Virus record (IMG/VR): IMGVR_UViG_3300030329_001437
Location: 1-55,390 of that record
Direction: 5' to 3' (one strand)
DNA length: 55,390 nucleotides
Origin: a virus
Taxonomy: Duplodnaviria; Caudoviricetes
Shown: one piece after another, positions 37,100 through 45,283 of the stretch
How the letters are laid out: every line of letters begins with the position of its first letter
How positions within the stretch are numbered: position 1 is the first letter of the stretch
The notes under the pieces: model-generated
The model's input: only the letters and a program-made list of their open reading frames with translations
Told to the model about the DNA's origin: nothing
The model's database searches: none
Position numbers and translations under genes: made by a program

Positions 37100-37354
37100 A
37101 TGACAAAAATGAACGAAAAGGCCGAGTGGGTAACACTCGGCCAATTAGTCAACCACTACGATGGGCTTAGTGAAAGTCTTGTTGACAAGATACAAGACAT
37201 TTTTTACGCCCAGCTGCCCACGAAAGAGGAGCGTAACCAAATGTTTGTAAGTAACTTTTGGGACAAGTTCAGCGAAGAACAACAATCGATGATCAACAAA
37301 GCTCTCGACAACCAGTGGGAACCACATTTCGGATACGAGAATCTTGAAAATTAA
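37100..37354 (+). CDS. Hypothetical protein
   Basis: GAGGA RBS. Confidence 0.65.
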   Translation: MTKMNEKAEWVTLGQLVNHYDGLSESLVDKIQDIFYAQLPTKEERNQMFVSNFWDKFSEEQQSMINKALDNQWEPHFGYENLEN

Positions 37355-37371
37355 ACAGAAAGGAGAAAGCA

Positions 37372-37689
37372 ATGGATGAAGAACTAAGAGATATAGTGGA
37401 TTACAACCACTTGTTCAAACTAGCCGAAGAACGGTTTTACAACAAGATCAAAGACCCCGAGGAGATGTTCGAGTCTTGGGCCCAGTACAACACTAAGATT
37501 GACCACCTTGGAGGAGCCTTGTTGATTCATATGGATCGCGGGTTTTTAGGGTTGACGGAGCACACCTACTGGGTACTGTTGGAAAACGGAGAAAGCCACT
37601 CAGTCGATAAAGACTGTTACGAGCACCTAAACGATATGCTGAGAGGGTGTTATTCAGAATCACCCTTCAGGGAGAAAGAACATGCCTAG
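37372..37689 (+). CDS. Hypothetical protein
   Basis: AGAAAGGAG RBS. Confidence 0.7.
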   Translation: MDEELRDIVDYNHLFKLAEERFYNKIKDPEEMFESWAQYNTKIDHLGGALLIHMDRGFLGLTEHTYWVLLENGESHSVDKDCYEHLNDMLRGCYSESPFREKEHA

Positions 37690-37993
37690 ACAGGTTATAG
37701 ATGCGCAGGAAATATATTGGGAGTGGGAAGAAGCGTTCGATAAGTTCGGATTCGATGACGGTAATGGTTGGAACGGAACCGATATCGTTGCCGACTTTAT
37801 TCAGATCTTCGGATACGAAACTAAACGACAGCAGTGGGGACTTCATAATTATTTCATCACAGATCTGATGGTACGCTGTGGACCGATACAGATATCAATC
37901 ATTCCAGAAAAAGTCGAGGTCGGGTACGACAACCCACGAGACTGGCTTCCACGAAGATTGATCGAAGATTTGGAGATGAAGTTCAATGGATAA
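37682..37993 (+). CDS. Hypothetical protein
   Basis: 8-nt overlap with the upstream gene; GGAG RBS. Confidence 0.65.
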   Translation: MPRQVIDAQEIYWEWEEAFDKFGFDDGNGWNGTDIVADFIQIFGYETKRQQWGLHNYFITDLMVRCGPIQISIIPEKVEVGYDNPRDWLPRRLIEDLEMKFNG

Positions 37994-38192
37994 AAGACAA
38001 GGATCGCCTTACGATCGAGGAGCCGCCGATGCGTATTACCATCGACCCCCCGATCCTCACTATTACAAACTAGGCCGCGCCTCGCAACGAGTCGACAAGG
38101 AAGATATGAGCGACGAACAGAGAGCTGAGTATCTTCTAGGACATTACGAAGAGCACGACCGCAAAGACTTTGGAGAATTTAACAATGAATAA
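37986..38192 (+). CDS. Hypothetical phage protein
   Basis: GSPYDRGAADAYY...YLLG motif. Confidence 0.65.
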   Translation: MDKRQGSPYDRGAADAYYHRPPDPHYYKLGRASQRVDKEDMSDEQRAEYLLGHYEEHDRKDFGEFNNE

Positions 38193-38718
38193 TTTACAAA
38201 AATACGTCTGGTATGTACAGCCAGTAATACAAGCGATACGTGAACACCACAATGAATTTTGCAACCTTCAATACCTACATATCGATCCTGAAGATTTGTT
38301 TGCCGAAGGAGGTTTAATAGAGTTTCGGGATCATCCGACCAAATACCTTCCTGGACATTTCGACGGTGAGTTACCTGTCATTCATGCCAGCTGGGGTGAA
38401 GAATCTGGTTCGAGTTTATTATTAGAAATATCCCCTGAACATCGTGAAAGACTAAGTCCAGAGGTAGTTGATGTACTCGAGTGGCCAAGGACGAAATTGG
38501 GAAAGTGGGCAAAGACTGCGAAGAAAACAATATATGTGCCACTAGACCATGAATATTATTTAAGTGGTTCTGGATTTGTCCCCCCGACTATCCCCTCGAC
38601 CGAGGTTGAAGATTGGGAGGGTATTGGTCACGGCTTAGATTTTCTGTCTCACCGTTTAGGTTTGAATTACCTAACAGTTCACGCAGGGATTTGCGACTTA
38701 GAAGCAATATTAGATTAA
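38185..38718 (+). CDS. Hypothetical protein
   Basis: ATG 38185 after GGAG. Confidence 0.65.
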   Translation: MNNLQKYVWYVQPVIQAIREHHNEFCNLQYLHIDPEDLFAEGGLIEFRDHPTKYLPGHFDGELPVIHASWGEESGSSLLLEISPEHRERLSPEVVDVLEWPRTKLGKWAKTAKKTIYVPLDHEYYLSGSGFVPPTIPSTEVEDWEGIGHGLDFLSHRLGLNYLTVHAGICDLEAILD

Positions 38719-38733
38719 CAGGGAGATAAACAG

Positions 38734-38937
38734 ATGTACTACATAAGTCAAAAAGACTCAAAAAACGGATATTATTTAGGAGTGAAAAGACTCCGAGATT
38801 ATGTGGCCAAGGACGGAGTTGAGTATTACGTTCGGAAAAATAAGAAGCCTTTAGATTTCGCGGATGTTGTTCCTATCTACATTGGCAAAGACGGGAAACT
38901 TAAAAAGACCGACAGTCTTGCAACGATGTGGTTTTAA
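38734..38937 (+). CDS. Hypothetical protein
   Basis: GGGAG RBS; last + strand early gene. Confidence 0.65.
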   Translation: MYYISQKDSKNGYYLGVKRLRDYVAKDGVEYYVRKNKKPLDFADVVPIYIGKDGKLKKTDSLATMWF

Positions 38938-38945
38938 AATCGCAC

Positions 38946-38970
38946 AAAAAAGCCCGCTCAGTGGCGGGCT
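38946..38970 (-). terminator. Intrinsic terminator between convergent genes
   Basis: AGCCCGC-loop-GCGGGCT with an A-tract that gives a U-tract on the minus strand. Confidence 0.75.
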
Positions 38971-38989
38971 AATCTCGATTAGTGGCTGG

Positions 38990-39220
38990 CTACCAGTCTT
39001 CCATTGAGTCTCCGCTCCACTCTCGGAGTGGAGTCTCGAAGTACCTTTTCCATCCAGGCGATCGTGCTTTCAGCTTTTCTATTCGCTCCTCGCACTCATC
39101 ACACTCTAGTCGCTGACCTTCTGGACCAGTTCCACCGCATCGAACGCTCACGTTAATCACTTCGTCCGGATTACTCAAGCGTCTCACTGGGTAGTTGATT
39201 TCGTTGTTGCACTCATACAT
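38990..39220 (-). CDS. Hypothetical Cys-containing protein
   Basis: ATG 39220 (MYECNN) after AAGGAGG. Confidence 0.65.
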   Translation of the reverse strand: MYECNNEINYPVRRLSNPDEVINVSVRCGGTGPEGQRLECDECEERIEKLKARSPGWKRYFETPLREWSGDSMEDW

Positions 39221-39347
39221 TTGCAAGTGCCTCCTTCTCAGCTTCTAGTGCAGCACGTCTCTTGGCTGCGCGTCGCTTTCTTAGAAGTTCCATGCCAACC
39301 GTTTTTCGGAAAGCATTCTCGTTTCGCTTCTGTCTTTTCTTACTCAT
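39213..39347 (-). CDS. 44-aa basic peptide (not in the ORF track)
   Basis: MSKKRQKRNENAFRKTVGMELLRKRRAAKRRAALEAEKEALANV; AAAGGA RBS; fills the gap in the minus-strand operon. Confidence 0.65.
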   Translation of the reverse strand: MSKKRQKRNENAFRKTVGMELLRKRRAAKRRAALEAEKEALANV

Positions 39348-39359
39348 CTTTCTTCCTTT

Positions 39360-39863
39360 CTATTGTTTAAGAATCTGGTCTCTGATTTCTATTACTTTTT
39401 CCACTTCTGCGGGGTCTGACCAGTTTGGACCCCCTGTGTGTTTCCGACACCATTTGATATACTGTTTGTCTGTCATCTCCTCCTTTCTACTGTTTAGTAG
39501 CTTTGTTTTGTTTTCGACATATTGTCGCCCTTCTCTAAATCTAACTTGTGCAAACCCTCCTGTCTCTGAGAGTTCTGCTAAATCTCTAATTAACCCCTCT
39601 TCTCCTACTTTCCGATAACGTATGTCGTAATGTGCTGTTTGATATGGAGGAACAATTCCGTTGTAATCAGGGCCGAGTTCCTTGCTAAATTTTCCATATT
39701 TTCGGTTAATAAGTGCTTGCCTGAGCCACATTCTCTCTGACCCCCACTCTCCTTCCCCGTAATGAGGTCCTGGTTTAAATGGACCTATCTCATAAACCTC
39801 TCCCAATTTCAAAGCGTCTATTGCTTTCATATGTTCGAGTTTTCTTTCTTGTGATCTTTTCAT
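39360..39863 (-). CDS. Hypothetical protein
   Basis: AAGGA RBS; preceded by a GCCCCC-TACG-GGGGGC hairpin. Confidence 0.7.
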   Translation of the reverse strand: MKRSQERKLEHMKAIDALKLGEVYEIGPFKPGPHYGEGEWGSERMWLRQALINRKYGKFSKELGPDYNGIVPPYQTAHYDIRYRKVGEEGLIRDLAELSETGGFAQVRFREGRQYVENKTKLLNSRKEEMTDKQYIKWCRKHTGGPNWSDPAEVEKVIEIRDQILKQ

Positions 39864-39903
39864 TTCAAATCCTTTAAGTGCCCCCCGTAGGGGGCGGGGT
39901 AAG

Positions 39904-40344
39904 TTAAATAATCTTAACTAGGTATGCGTGACAGTGGCTGTCGTAGATTATTCCCGTCATTCGGGTACTACCCGTATCAGGGTCACTCCACATAACAATC
40001 TGCCACTCTCCTGGCTCACCGTCTTCGGATTCAAACCACTGGGTGACTGTTACCGTTTCAGTGGGAGGTATCATTTCATATAGTGGCTTAAAGCCCCTTT
40101 CAGCCAGTTCAATGGCGTGGCCCCAATGATCTATTCTAGTGCTCCCAGTAATCTCATCAGTAGGCACGTCAGTGGGATAGTCTAATTCTATCAACTTTAA
40201 CGACATAGTCTCTGGGCGAAGTGGGCTCATTCCGTCAATCGTATTTTCGGGGTTAGCCAAAATATCAATCAATTCCCTACTAAACGTAGCAGTCGTAGTA
40301 GGTCTTTCGGAAAATACTTCCATGGTTATATCTTTCAAATCCAT
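39904..40344 (-). CDS. Hypothetical acidic protein
   Basis: First gene after the minus-strand promoter. Confidence 0.7.
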   Translation of the reverse strand: MDLKDITMEVFSERPTTTATFSRELIDILANPENTIDGMSPLRPETMSLKLIELDYPTDVPTDEITGSTRIDHWGHAIELAERGFKPLYEMIPPTETVTVTQWFESEDGEPGEWQIVMWSDPDTGSTRMTGIIYDSHCHAYLVKII

Positions 40345-40372
40345 CTTTCTACCTTTCTATCTTTCTAAGAAT

Positions 40373-40432
40373 CCCGCCCGTAAAAAAGGCGGGGCCGGTT
40401 ATAGTATAAGTTACCATAATAACCATAGTAAA
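40373..40432 (-). promoter_or_regulatory. Early promoter plus leader hairpin
   Basis: Minus-strand TTTACT-N18-TATACT followed by a CCCGCC/GGCGGG stem. Confidence 0.7.
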
Positions 40433-40461
40433 GGACTAAAAAGGTATTAGAAAGGAGCGGT

Positions 40462-40604
40462 TATTAGTCTATTTGAAAATAAAACTTTTTTTATTTTTTT
40501 CAGCAGAATTGACTAATAGAGTAATAGAAGTAATAGAATCGAGCTTAAAGTCTCGAGAACAGTGGATCTTGGTGAGTGACTAAAGTAATAGAAAAACTAT
40601 TAGT
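40462..40604 (+). repeat. AT-rich TAATAG-box element, copy B
   Basis: Inverted homolog of 19724..19863. Confidence 0.8.
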
Positions 40605-40721
40605 TATTACAAATGAAACAGAGAATAAGTAAGAGAGGGCGTGAGCGAAACATTTCGTTTTTTATATTTTATTTTCATTCTAATATATAGTTCACACATC
40701 GAAACACCTCGGAATTGCTGA

Positions 40722-41282
40722 ATGAAACACCTACAGTACACTCCCATGACACCTGCTGATGACGGCAATGGGTTCATCGACCCTGACGGTAAGAAGTGGC
40801 AACCGTTAAATCCAAAGCAGAAGAAGTTTGCTCGAGAGTATTTAAAAGGACAGAACGCCACAGAAGCAGCGGTGAAAGCGGGTTACACGAAGAATCGGAA
40901 CGCAGCAAAGAGGCAAGGCAGCGTATTACTGAATCACAACCCCTTACTCAGAAATTACCTGATAGACCAGGAAATAAAGGAGGCAGAGAGAGATAGAGTT
41001 TCTATGGAGGGACACCTCTCCGCACTCCATGATTTGAGGGAGGAGGCGAGGGGGCAGGGCCAAATCAACGCGGCAATCACAGCCGAGATCCACCGAGGGA
41101 AGGTCGGGGGGCTTTACATCGATCGACGCGAGGTCTTGACCGCACAGATCGACGCACTGAGCAAGGACCAGATCCTGGATCGACTGACGCAACTTATCAC
41201 CAAACGAGTTCCTCAAACGATCGAGGGAGAGATCACTAATCGACTCGGCTCGATCGAGACAGAAAGACAGACGGAGCGATAG
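40722..41282 (+). CDS. terS: Terminase small subunit
   Basis: LNPKQKKFAREYL.G.NATEAAVKAGY HTH signature. Confidence 0.85.
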   Translation: MKHLQYTPMTPADDGNGFIDPDGKKWQPLNPKQKKFAREYLKGQNATEAAVKAGYTKNRNAAKRQGSVLLNHNPLLRNYLIDQEIKEAERDRVSMEGHLSALHDLREEARGQGQINAAITAEIHRGKVGGLYIDRREVLTAQIDALSKDQILDRLTQLITKRVPQTIEGEITNRLGSIETERQTER

Positions 41283-41290
41283 CCGCGCCA

Positions 41291-41305
41291 CCCTCCCACC
41301 CACCC
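41291..41305 (-). other. G-quadruplex-forming motif
   Basis: Minus strand reads GGGTGGGTGGGAGGG. Confidence 0.6.
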
Positions 41306-41396
41306 TTTTACTCGAAAGATCGATCGACTCGACTCGACTAACAGAGGCACGCACGCTGCGGGCGACCCACCCACCCACCACATTTCTAGAGACACG

Positions 41397-41530
41397 GACT
41401 GACCGACCGAGAGACGGACTGACCGACCGAGAGACGGACTGACCGATCGATCGATCGACTGAGCGAGCGACCGAGCGACTGAGCGAGCGACCGAGCGACA
41501 GGACTGACGGATAGACGGACGGGACCGACT
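41397..41530 (+). repeat. GANN tetramer array with 20-nt super-period
   Basis: 26 consecutive GANN units at 41397-41500, e.g. GACCGACCGAGAGACGGACT x2 and GAGCGAGCGACCGAGCGAC(T/A) x2. Confidence 0.9.
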
Positions 41531-41572
41531 AGCGGCGGGCGGCGGCGGGCCGGTAGGTTTTTTAATAGGCAT

Positions 41573-41600
41573 AAAAAAAGGCCGGCTAGTTAGCCGGCCT
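41573..41600 (-). terminator. Intrinsic terminator
   Basis: AGGCCGGCTA-GT-TAGCCGGCCT inverted repeat with an A7 tract (U-tract on the minus strand). Confidence 0.8.
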
Positions 41601-41618
41601 AGTTAGCTAGTTAGTTAG

Positions 41619-42170
41619 CTATTTAGTTACCTTGAAGAAAGCAATCTTTTGCTCTTTTATAGGTAGGTTGTTAGCGGCTAACCATTTTTTAGTTTGCTTT
41701 GTTAGATCCCAAGGCACTAGCCCTAGTAACTGACCGCCCCAATTATGAATCATCCTATCATTATCTCTAGATACATCCGATTCAGTTTTAGTAGGGTAGT
41801 TGATTAGATGAGTATCACAAACATCGTTAGTATCAAAGTTTTCAACTTCACCTTGATTCTTAAACTCAAAAGGCTTGCCGTCATTTAGGCCTGACATGAT
41901 AGCCTTAGTCAATGCGTCAATCATAGAAATATGAAAACGCTTAGAAACTACAGTTGATTTAAATGAGTTAATCAAAGCAATATTTTCTATTACTACTTCT
42001 ACCTTACCTATCCAAGGGGCGGCGGTCATAGTCTCACTAACCGCTGGCTTAGTGTCTAGCATACCTTGTAATAAAGCACCTAGCTCTGCCGCTTTTTTGT
42101 CAGTGTCCGCTTGGTTAGCGGCTTGCTGATCCGCTGCTGTTAGTTGTTGTTTTAGATCCGGTTTAGTCAT
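41619..42170 (-). CDS. Hypothetical protein in a stand-alone transcription unit
   Basis: 183 aa; AAGGAG RBS, own promoter and own terminator. Confidence 0.75.
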   Translation of the reverse strand: MTKPDLKQQLTAADQQAANQADTDKKAAELGALLQGMLDTKPAVSETMTAAPWIGKVEVVIENIALINSFKSTVVSKRFHISMIDALTKAIMSGLNDGKPFEFKNQGEVENFDTNDVCDTHLINYPTKTESDVSRDNDRMIHNWGGQLLGLVPWDLTKQTKKWLAANNLPIKEQKIAFFKVTK

Positions 42171-42224
42171 AAATGACTCCTTAGTTGTTTAGTAAAGTAA
42201 GCTAGTTAACTAGCCTACCTAACT

Positions 42225-42254
42225 AGTATAACTAATTAGCTAGTAAAAAGTAAA
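42225..42254 (-). promoter_or_regulatory. Early-type promoter
   Basis: Minus-strand GCTTTACT-N18-TATACT. Confidence 0.65.
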
Positions 42255-42487
42255 GCGATAACCTAACTAATTTAACTAAAGGGGGGTATACCCCAAGCGG
42301 CCCTGCGGCCCTACCCACCCACCACGACCCCCTTGTTCCTGTCTCTTTTTTCGCTGTACTTTCGCTACAGGTTCCCTACTCAAAAATTTTTCGCAATGTG
42401 TATTGGGACTCCGGCCTTGAAAATTTTCGCCAAATTTTTTTTAGGCTGTTGCGTGGTATGCTATCTGGGAGTTACGATTGGCCCACT

Positions 42488-42952
42488 ATGATAATCGAAT
42501 CAGTCGCCGCTGCTGGCGCAATTCTATCCACGATCTCCACCGCCATTAATAAACTAAACGAAGTTGGCGACGGAGCTTCAAAAGCCGTTGAGTTAATGCA
42601 AGGGTTCTCTGACGCCTTGGATTCGTTTGAGCGCGAGAAGAAAGATTCGGTTATCAACAACCTCAGCTCACAGGAGCTTTTAAAATTGGAATCGATAAAA
42701 CACAGACGTGATCAGTGGGAGAAGTCACTGCATGATATGTTAGTGATTCACGATCCGGCATTGCTACAACGCTGGGACGAAGCTAAAGCAAGACAGAAAG
42801 CGAATCACAAACGACAGATGGAAGCTATCAAGGCAAGAGCCGCTGCCCGAAAGAAAATGATTCGTCAGATTTGGATAATTATGGGAGTAACAGCAATAGG
42901 GTTACTTTGTGCATTTATATTAATTGGAGGGGTCATACTGATCTTTAAATAA
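42488..42952 (+). CDS. Coiled-coil protein with C-terminal TM helix
   Basis: Start MIIESV; hydrophobic C-terminus. Confidence 0.7.
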   Translation: MIIESVAAAGAILSTISTAINKLNEVGDGASKAVELMQGFSDALDSFEREKKDSVINNLSSQELLKLESIKHRRDQWEKSLHDMLVIHDPALLQRWDEAKARQKANHKRQMEAIKARAAARKKMIRQIWIIMGVTAIGLLCAFILIGGVILIFK

Positions 42953-43158
42953 TGGACGTAGGAGCAATTACACCAGCTAACCAAATAGCGTGGCGGCAGG
43001 TAGCCGAAGAGCGGTATCAGAAGTTGATGGAAAACACCCAGCGCGAGGAAAGGCGACAAGCGGTGCAAAATCTGCAGTCAAAGTTGTATATCGCCAAGAA
43101 CGGTAAAGTAGAAGTACAGATTGCCAATACCAGACAGAATATTGACCTACTAGCGTAG
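42952..43158 (+). CDS. Hypothetical protein
   Basis: TAATG coupling with the upstream gene. Confidence 0.6.
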   Translation: MDVGAITPANQIAWRQVAEERYQKLMENTQREERRQAVQNLQSKLYIAKNGKVEVQIANTRQNIDLLA

Positions 43159-43185
43159 TTAAATTTTTCCAGTTACGATTCGCAC

Positions 43186-43482
43186 ATGGCTGAGAAGAAG
43201 AAAAAAGATTCACGGCTTGAAAGAGCTGGAGTCAGCGGTTACAACAAACCGAAGCGCACACCTAACCATCCTAAAAAATCGCATATTGTTGTAGCGAAAG
43301 AGGGTGATAAAATTAAAACCATTCGTTTTGGGCAGCAGGGTGTAAAAACTGCGGGTAAGCCTAAGAAAGGTGAGTCAGCAAAACAGAAGGCGCGGCGTAA
43401 GAGTTTCAAAGCTCGCCATGGAAAAAACATAAAGAAAGGAAAAATGTCAGCGGCTTATTGGGCTAACAAGGTGAAATGGTAA
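43186..43482 (+). CDS. Highly basic small protein
   Basis: Lys-rich; RFGQQG...RKSFKARH...SAAYWA..KW. Confidence 0.75.
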   Translation: MAEKKKKDSRLERAGVSGYNKPKRTPNHPKKSHIVVAKEGDKIKTIRFGQQGVKTAGKPKKGESAKQKARRKSFKARHGKNIKKGKMSAAYWANKVKW

Positions 43483-44654
43483 TGGCTAATAGTTATGATC
43501 AGATGAAAATGCAATCAGACTATGCTGATGAAGAAAGTATGGGGGCTGGTGGATTATATAGTCTTCTTCGCGCAGGTGGTGAATATTTGGTTGGGGGAGA
43601 AGCTATGGATTTGCTCCCTGAAATTTCAAGAGCATTCGATGAAAGTGCTGCAATGGAACGTGCTGTTCGTAGAGGGCCGTCCGAACAAGGTGACGCATTA
43701 ACTATGCGTATAGAAGAAATTAGAGCACAACCGTTAGACGAAGGAATGGCTTATAACATAAGTCAAGCTCAAGGATTAGAATCTTTGTTGAGTCCTGAAC
43801 TAGCCATGGTTGTTGGCGCAACTGGTCCTGGAAAGAAAGGCGAGGGTATTCAGTCGTTTATAGAACTTCTGAAAAGCATGAATATGAAACCTAATCAAAG
43901 TATCCTGGATGAAGCCAAAAAGTTAAAAGATCTTTCAGATGACTATTTGAGAGATTTAGGAAAGAAAAACACTGAGAGGGATATAGAACAAACGCGATAT
44001 CAACAGGGAACGGTTCCTGATGATACACGGTATCCTGAAGGACATCCGTTTAGAGATTGGAATAAATCTAAAACCCAGCTTGACAGGGAACGTAAAGCAC
44101 GACAAGAAAATACGGGAGAGGGTTTTTTTAGTGATTTAGAAGATCAGCAAAAAGATATGCCACCGATACTAGGAGGTAGCAAAAAGACTGATCCGACTAT
44201 GCGGTATGCGTCACGTCAAGAAAGACGCGCTGCGTTAGGTGAAGAAGGAATGGGGAGGATACGAGCCTTACTAGATCAGCGTCGAAGTAAGATGGCGCAG
44301 TTATTTGGACCTGAGAGAGATAAAGGATTAGGTTTTAAAAAAGAACAGCAGATCTTAGATGAGATTAGAGAGTTAGAAAGAAAACTTGATCCGTTTTATT
44401 CTTCATCCGAGTTAAAAGATATGGATTACTTTGCTGAAGGCGGTGCTGTTCGTAGAGGTGACGGGGGAGGACTCTATGCAAATATACACGCGAAGCGTAA
44501 ACGTATAGCAGCAGGTTCTGGTGAGCGGATGCGAAAGAAAGGTGAGAAAGGTGCGCCGACCGCTGAGAATTTTAAGCAAGCCGCGAAGACTGCAAAACGC
44601 GGAACAGGTGGTCTTGCATATAAGAAAGGGTATTACGGTAAGAGCTATAAATGA
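43482..44654 (+). CDS. Putative internal virion protein with basic C-terminal module
   Basis: GG motifs and GLYANIHAKRKRI...GAPT module. Confidence 0.6.
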   Translation: MANSYDQMKMQSDYADEESMGAGGLYSLLRAGGEYLVGGEAMDLLPEISRAFDESAAMERAVRRGPSEQGDALTMRIEEIRAQPLDEGMAYNISQAQGLESLLSPELAMVVGATGPGKKGEGIQSFIELLKSMNMKPNQSILDEAKKLKDLSDDYLRDLGKKNTERDIEQTRYQQGTVPDDTRYPEGHPFRDWNKSKTQLDRERKARQENTGEGFFSDLEDQQKDMPPILGGSKKTDPTMRYASRQERRAALGEEGMGRIRALLDQRRSKMAQLFGPERDKGLGFKKEQQILDEIRELERKLDPFYSSSELKDMDYFAEGGAVRRGDGGGLYANIHAKRKRIAAGSGERMRKKGEKGAPTAENFKQAAKTAKRGTGGLAYKKGYYGKSYK

Positions 44655-45283
44655 GCGAGCTTACAATGGAAATGATAAATGAGCAGATTGAAAATGCTCC
44701 TCTTTCCAAGGAAGAAGCTAGAAAACAGTTTATAGAAAAAACTGCTTCGTTAGATTTAAAACACGCATTTACATTTGATGAAGCGTGGGATTTTTTAGAG
44801 TATAAAAAGAAACAAACTGAATTCAGAGAAAAAATTACAAGATTTGAAGAGGCAGTAAATCAACACCCAGAATCTAGTAAAGATGAAGATCATAAAATCA
44901 ACCCGTTAAAACACAGTTTCGCAGACGGACAGTATATTCGAGAAATTTTTAATCCCGCAGGGTTGTTTATCGTCACAAAGATTCATAATAAAACGCATCC
45001 TTTTTTCTTGATGGAAGGAGAGATGTCGATTATTACTGAAGAGGGAGTTAACTATATAAAAGCTCCGTATCACGGTATTACCGAAGTAGGAACTAAACGA
45101 ATAATTTTTACACACACCCCATGTAGATTTATAACGGTTCATGCAACAGAAAAGCTGGATATTTCTGAAATAGAAAATGAAATAATTGCTAAGTCGTTTG
45201 ATGAAATAATTCCTTCCCTTCCTAATACAACTCAGATTGATCGTTTAATAGATCAAATACAGGAGAAAACAAAATGTCGTTAG
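44651..45283 (+). CDS. Cupin-like protein
   Basis: H.FADG.YIRE...KIH...H...G...AP.....GTKR......TVH pattern. Confidence 0.6.
   Translation: MSELTMEMINEQIENAPLSKEEARKQFIEKTASLDLKHAFTFDEAWDFLEYKKKQTEFREKITRFEEAVNQHPESSKDEDHKINPLKHSFADGQYIREIFNPAGLFIVTKIHNKTHPFFLMEGEMSIITEEGVNYIKAPYHGITEVGTKRIIFTHTPCRFITVHATEKLDISEIENEIIAKSFDEIIPSLPNTTQIDRLIDQIQEKTKCR

Noticed and set aside
39262-39618. Plus-strand 118-aa hydrophobic ORF
   Set aside because: Antisense to RBS-led minus-strand genes.
41397-41530. CRISPR or mini-CRISPR array
   Set aside because: Units are contiguous tandem repeats with no unique spacers, and no cas genes are present.
40944-41572. Minus-strand ORFs of 145 and 119 aa
   Set aside because: Low-complexity translations of the repeat array and terS antisense; no RBS.
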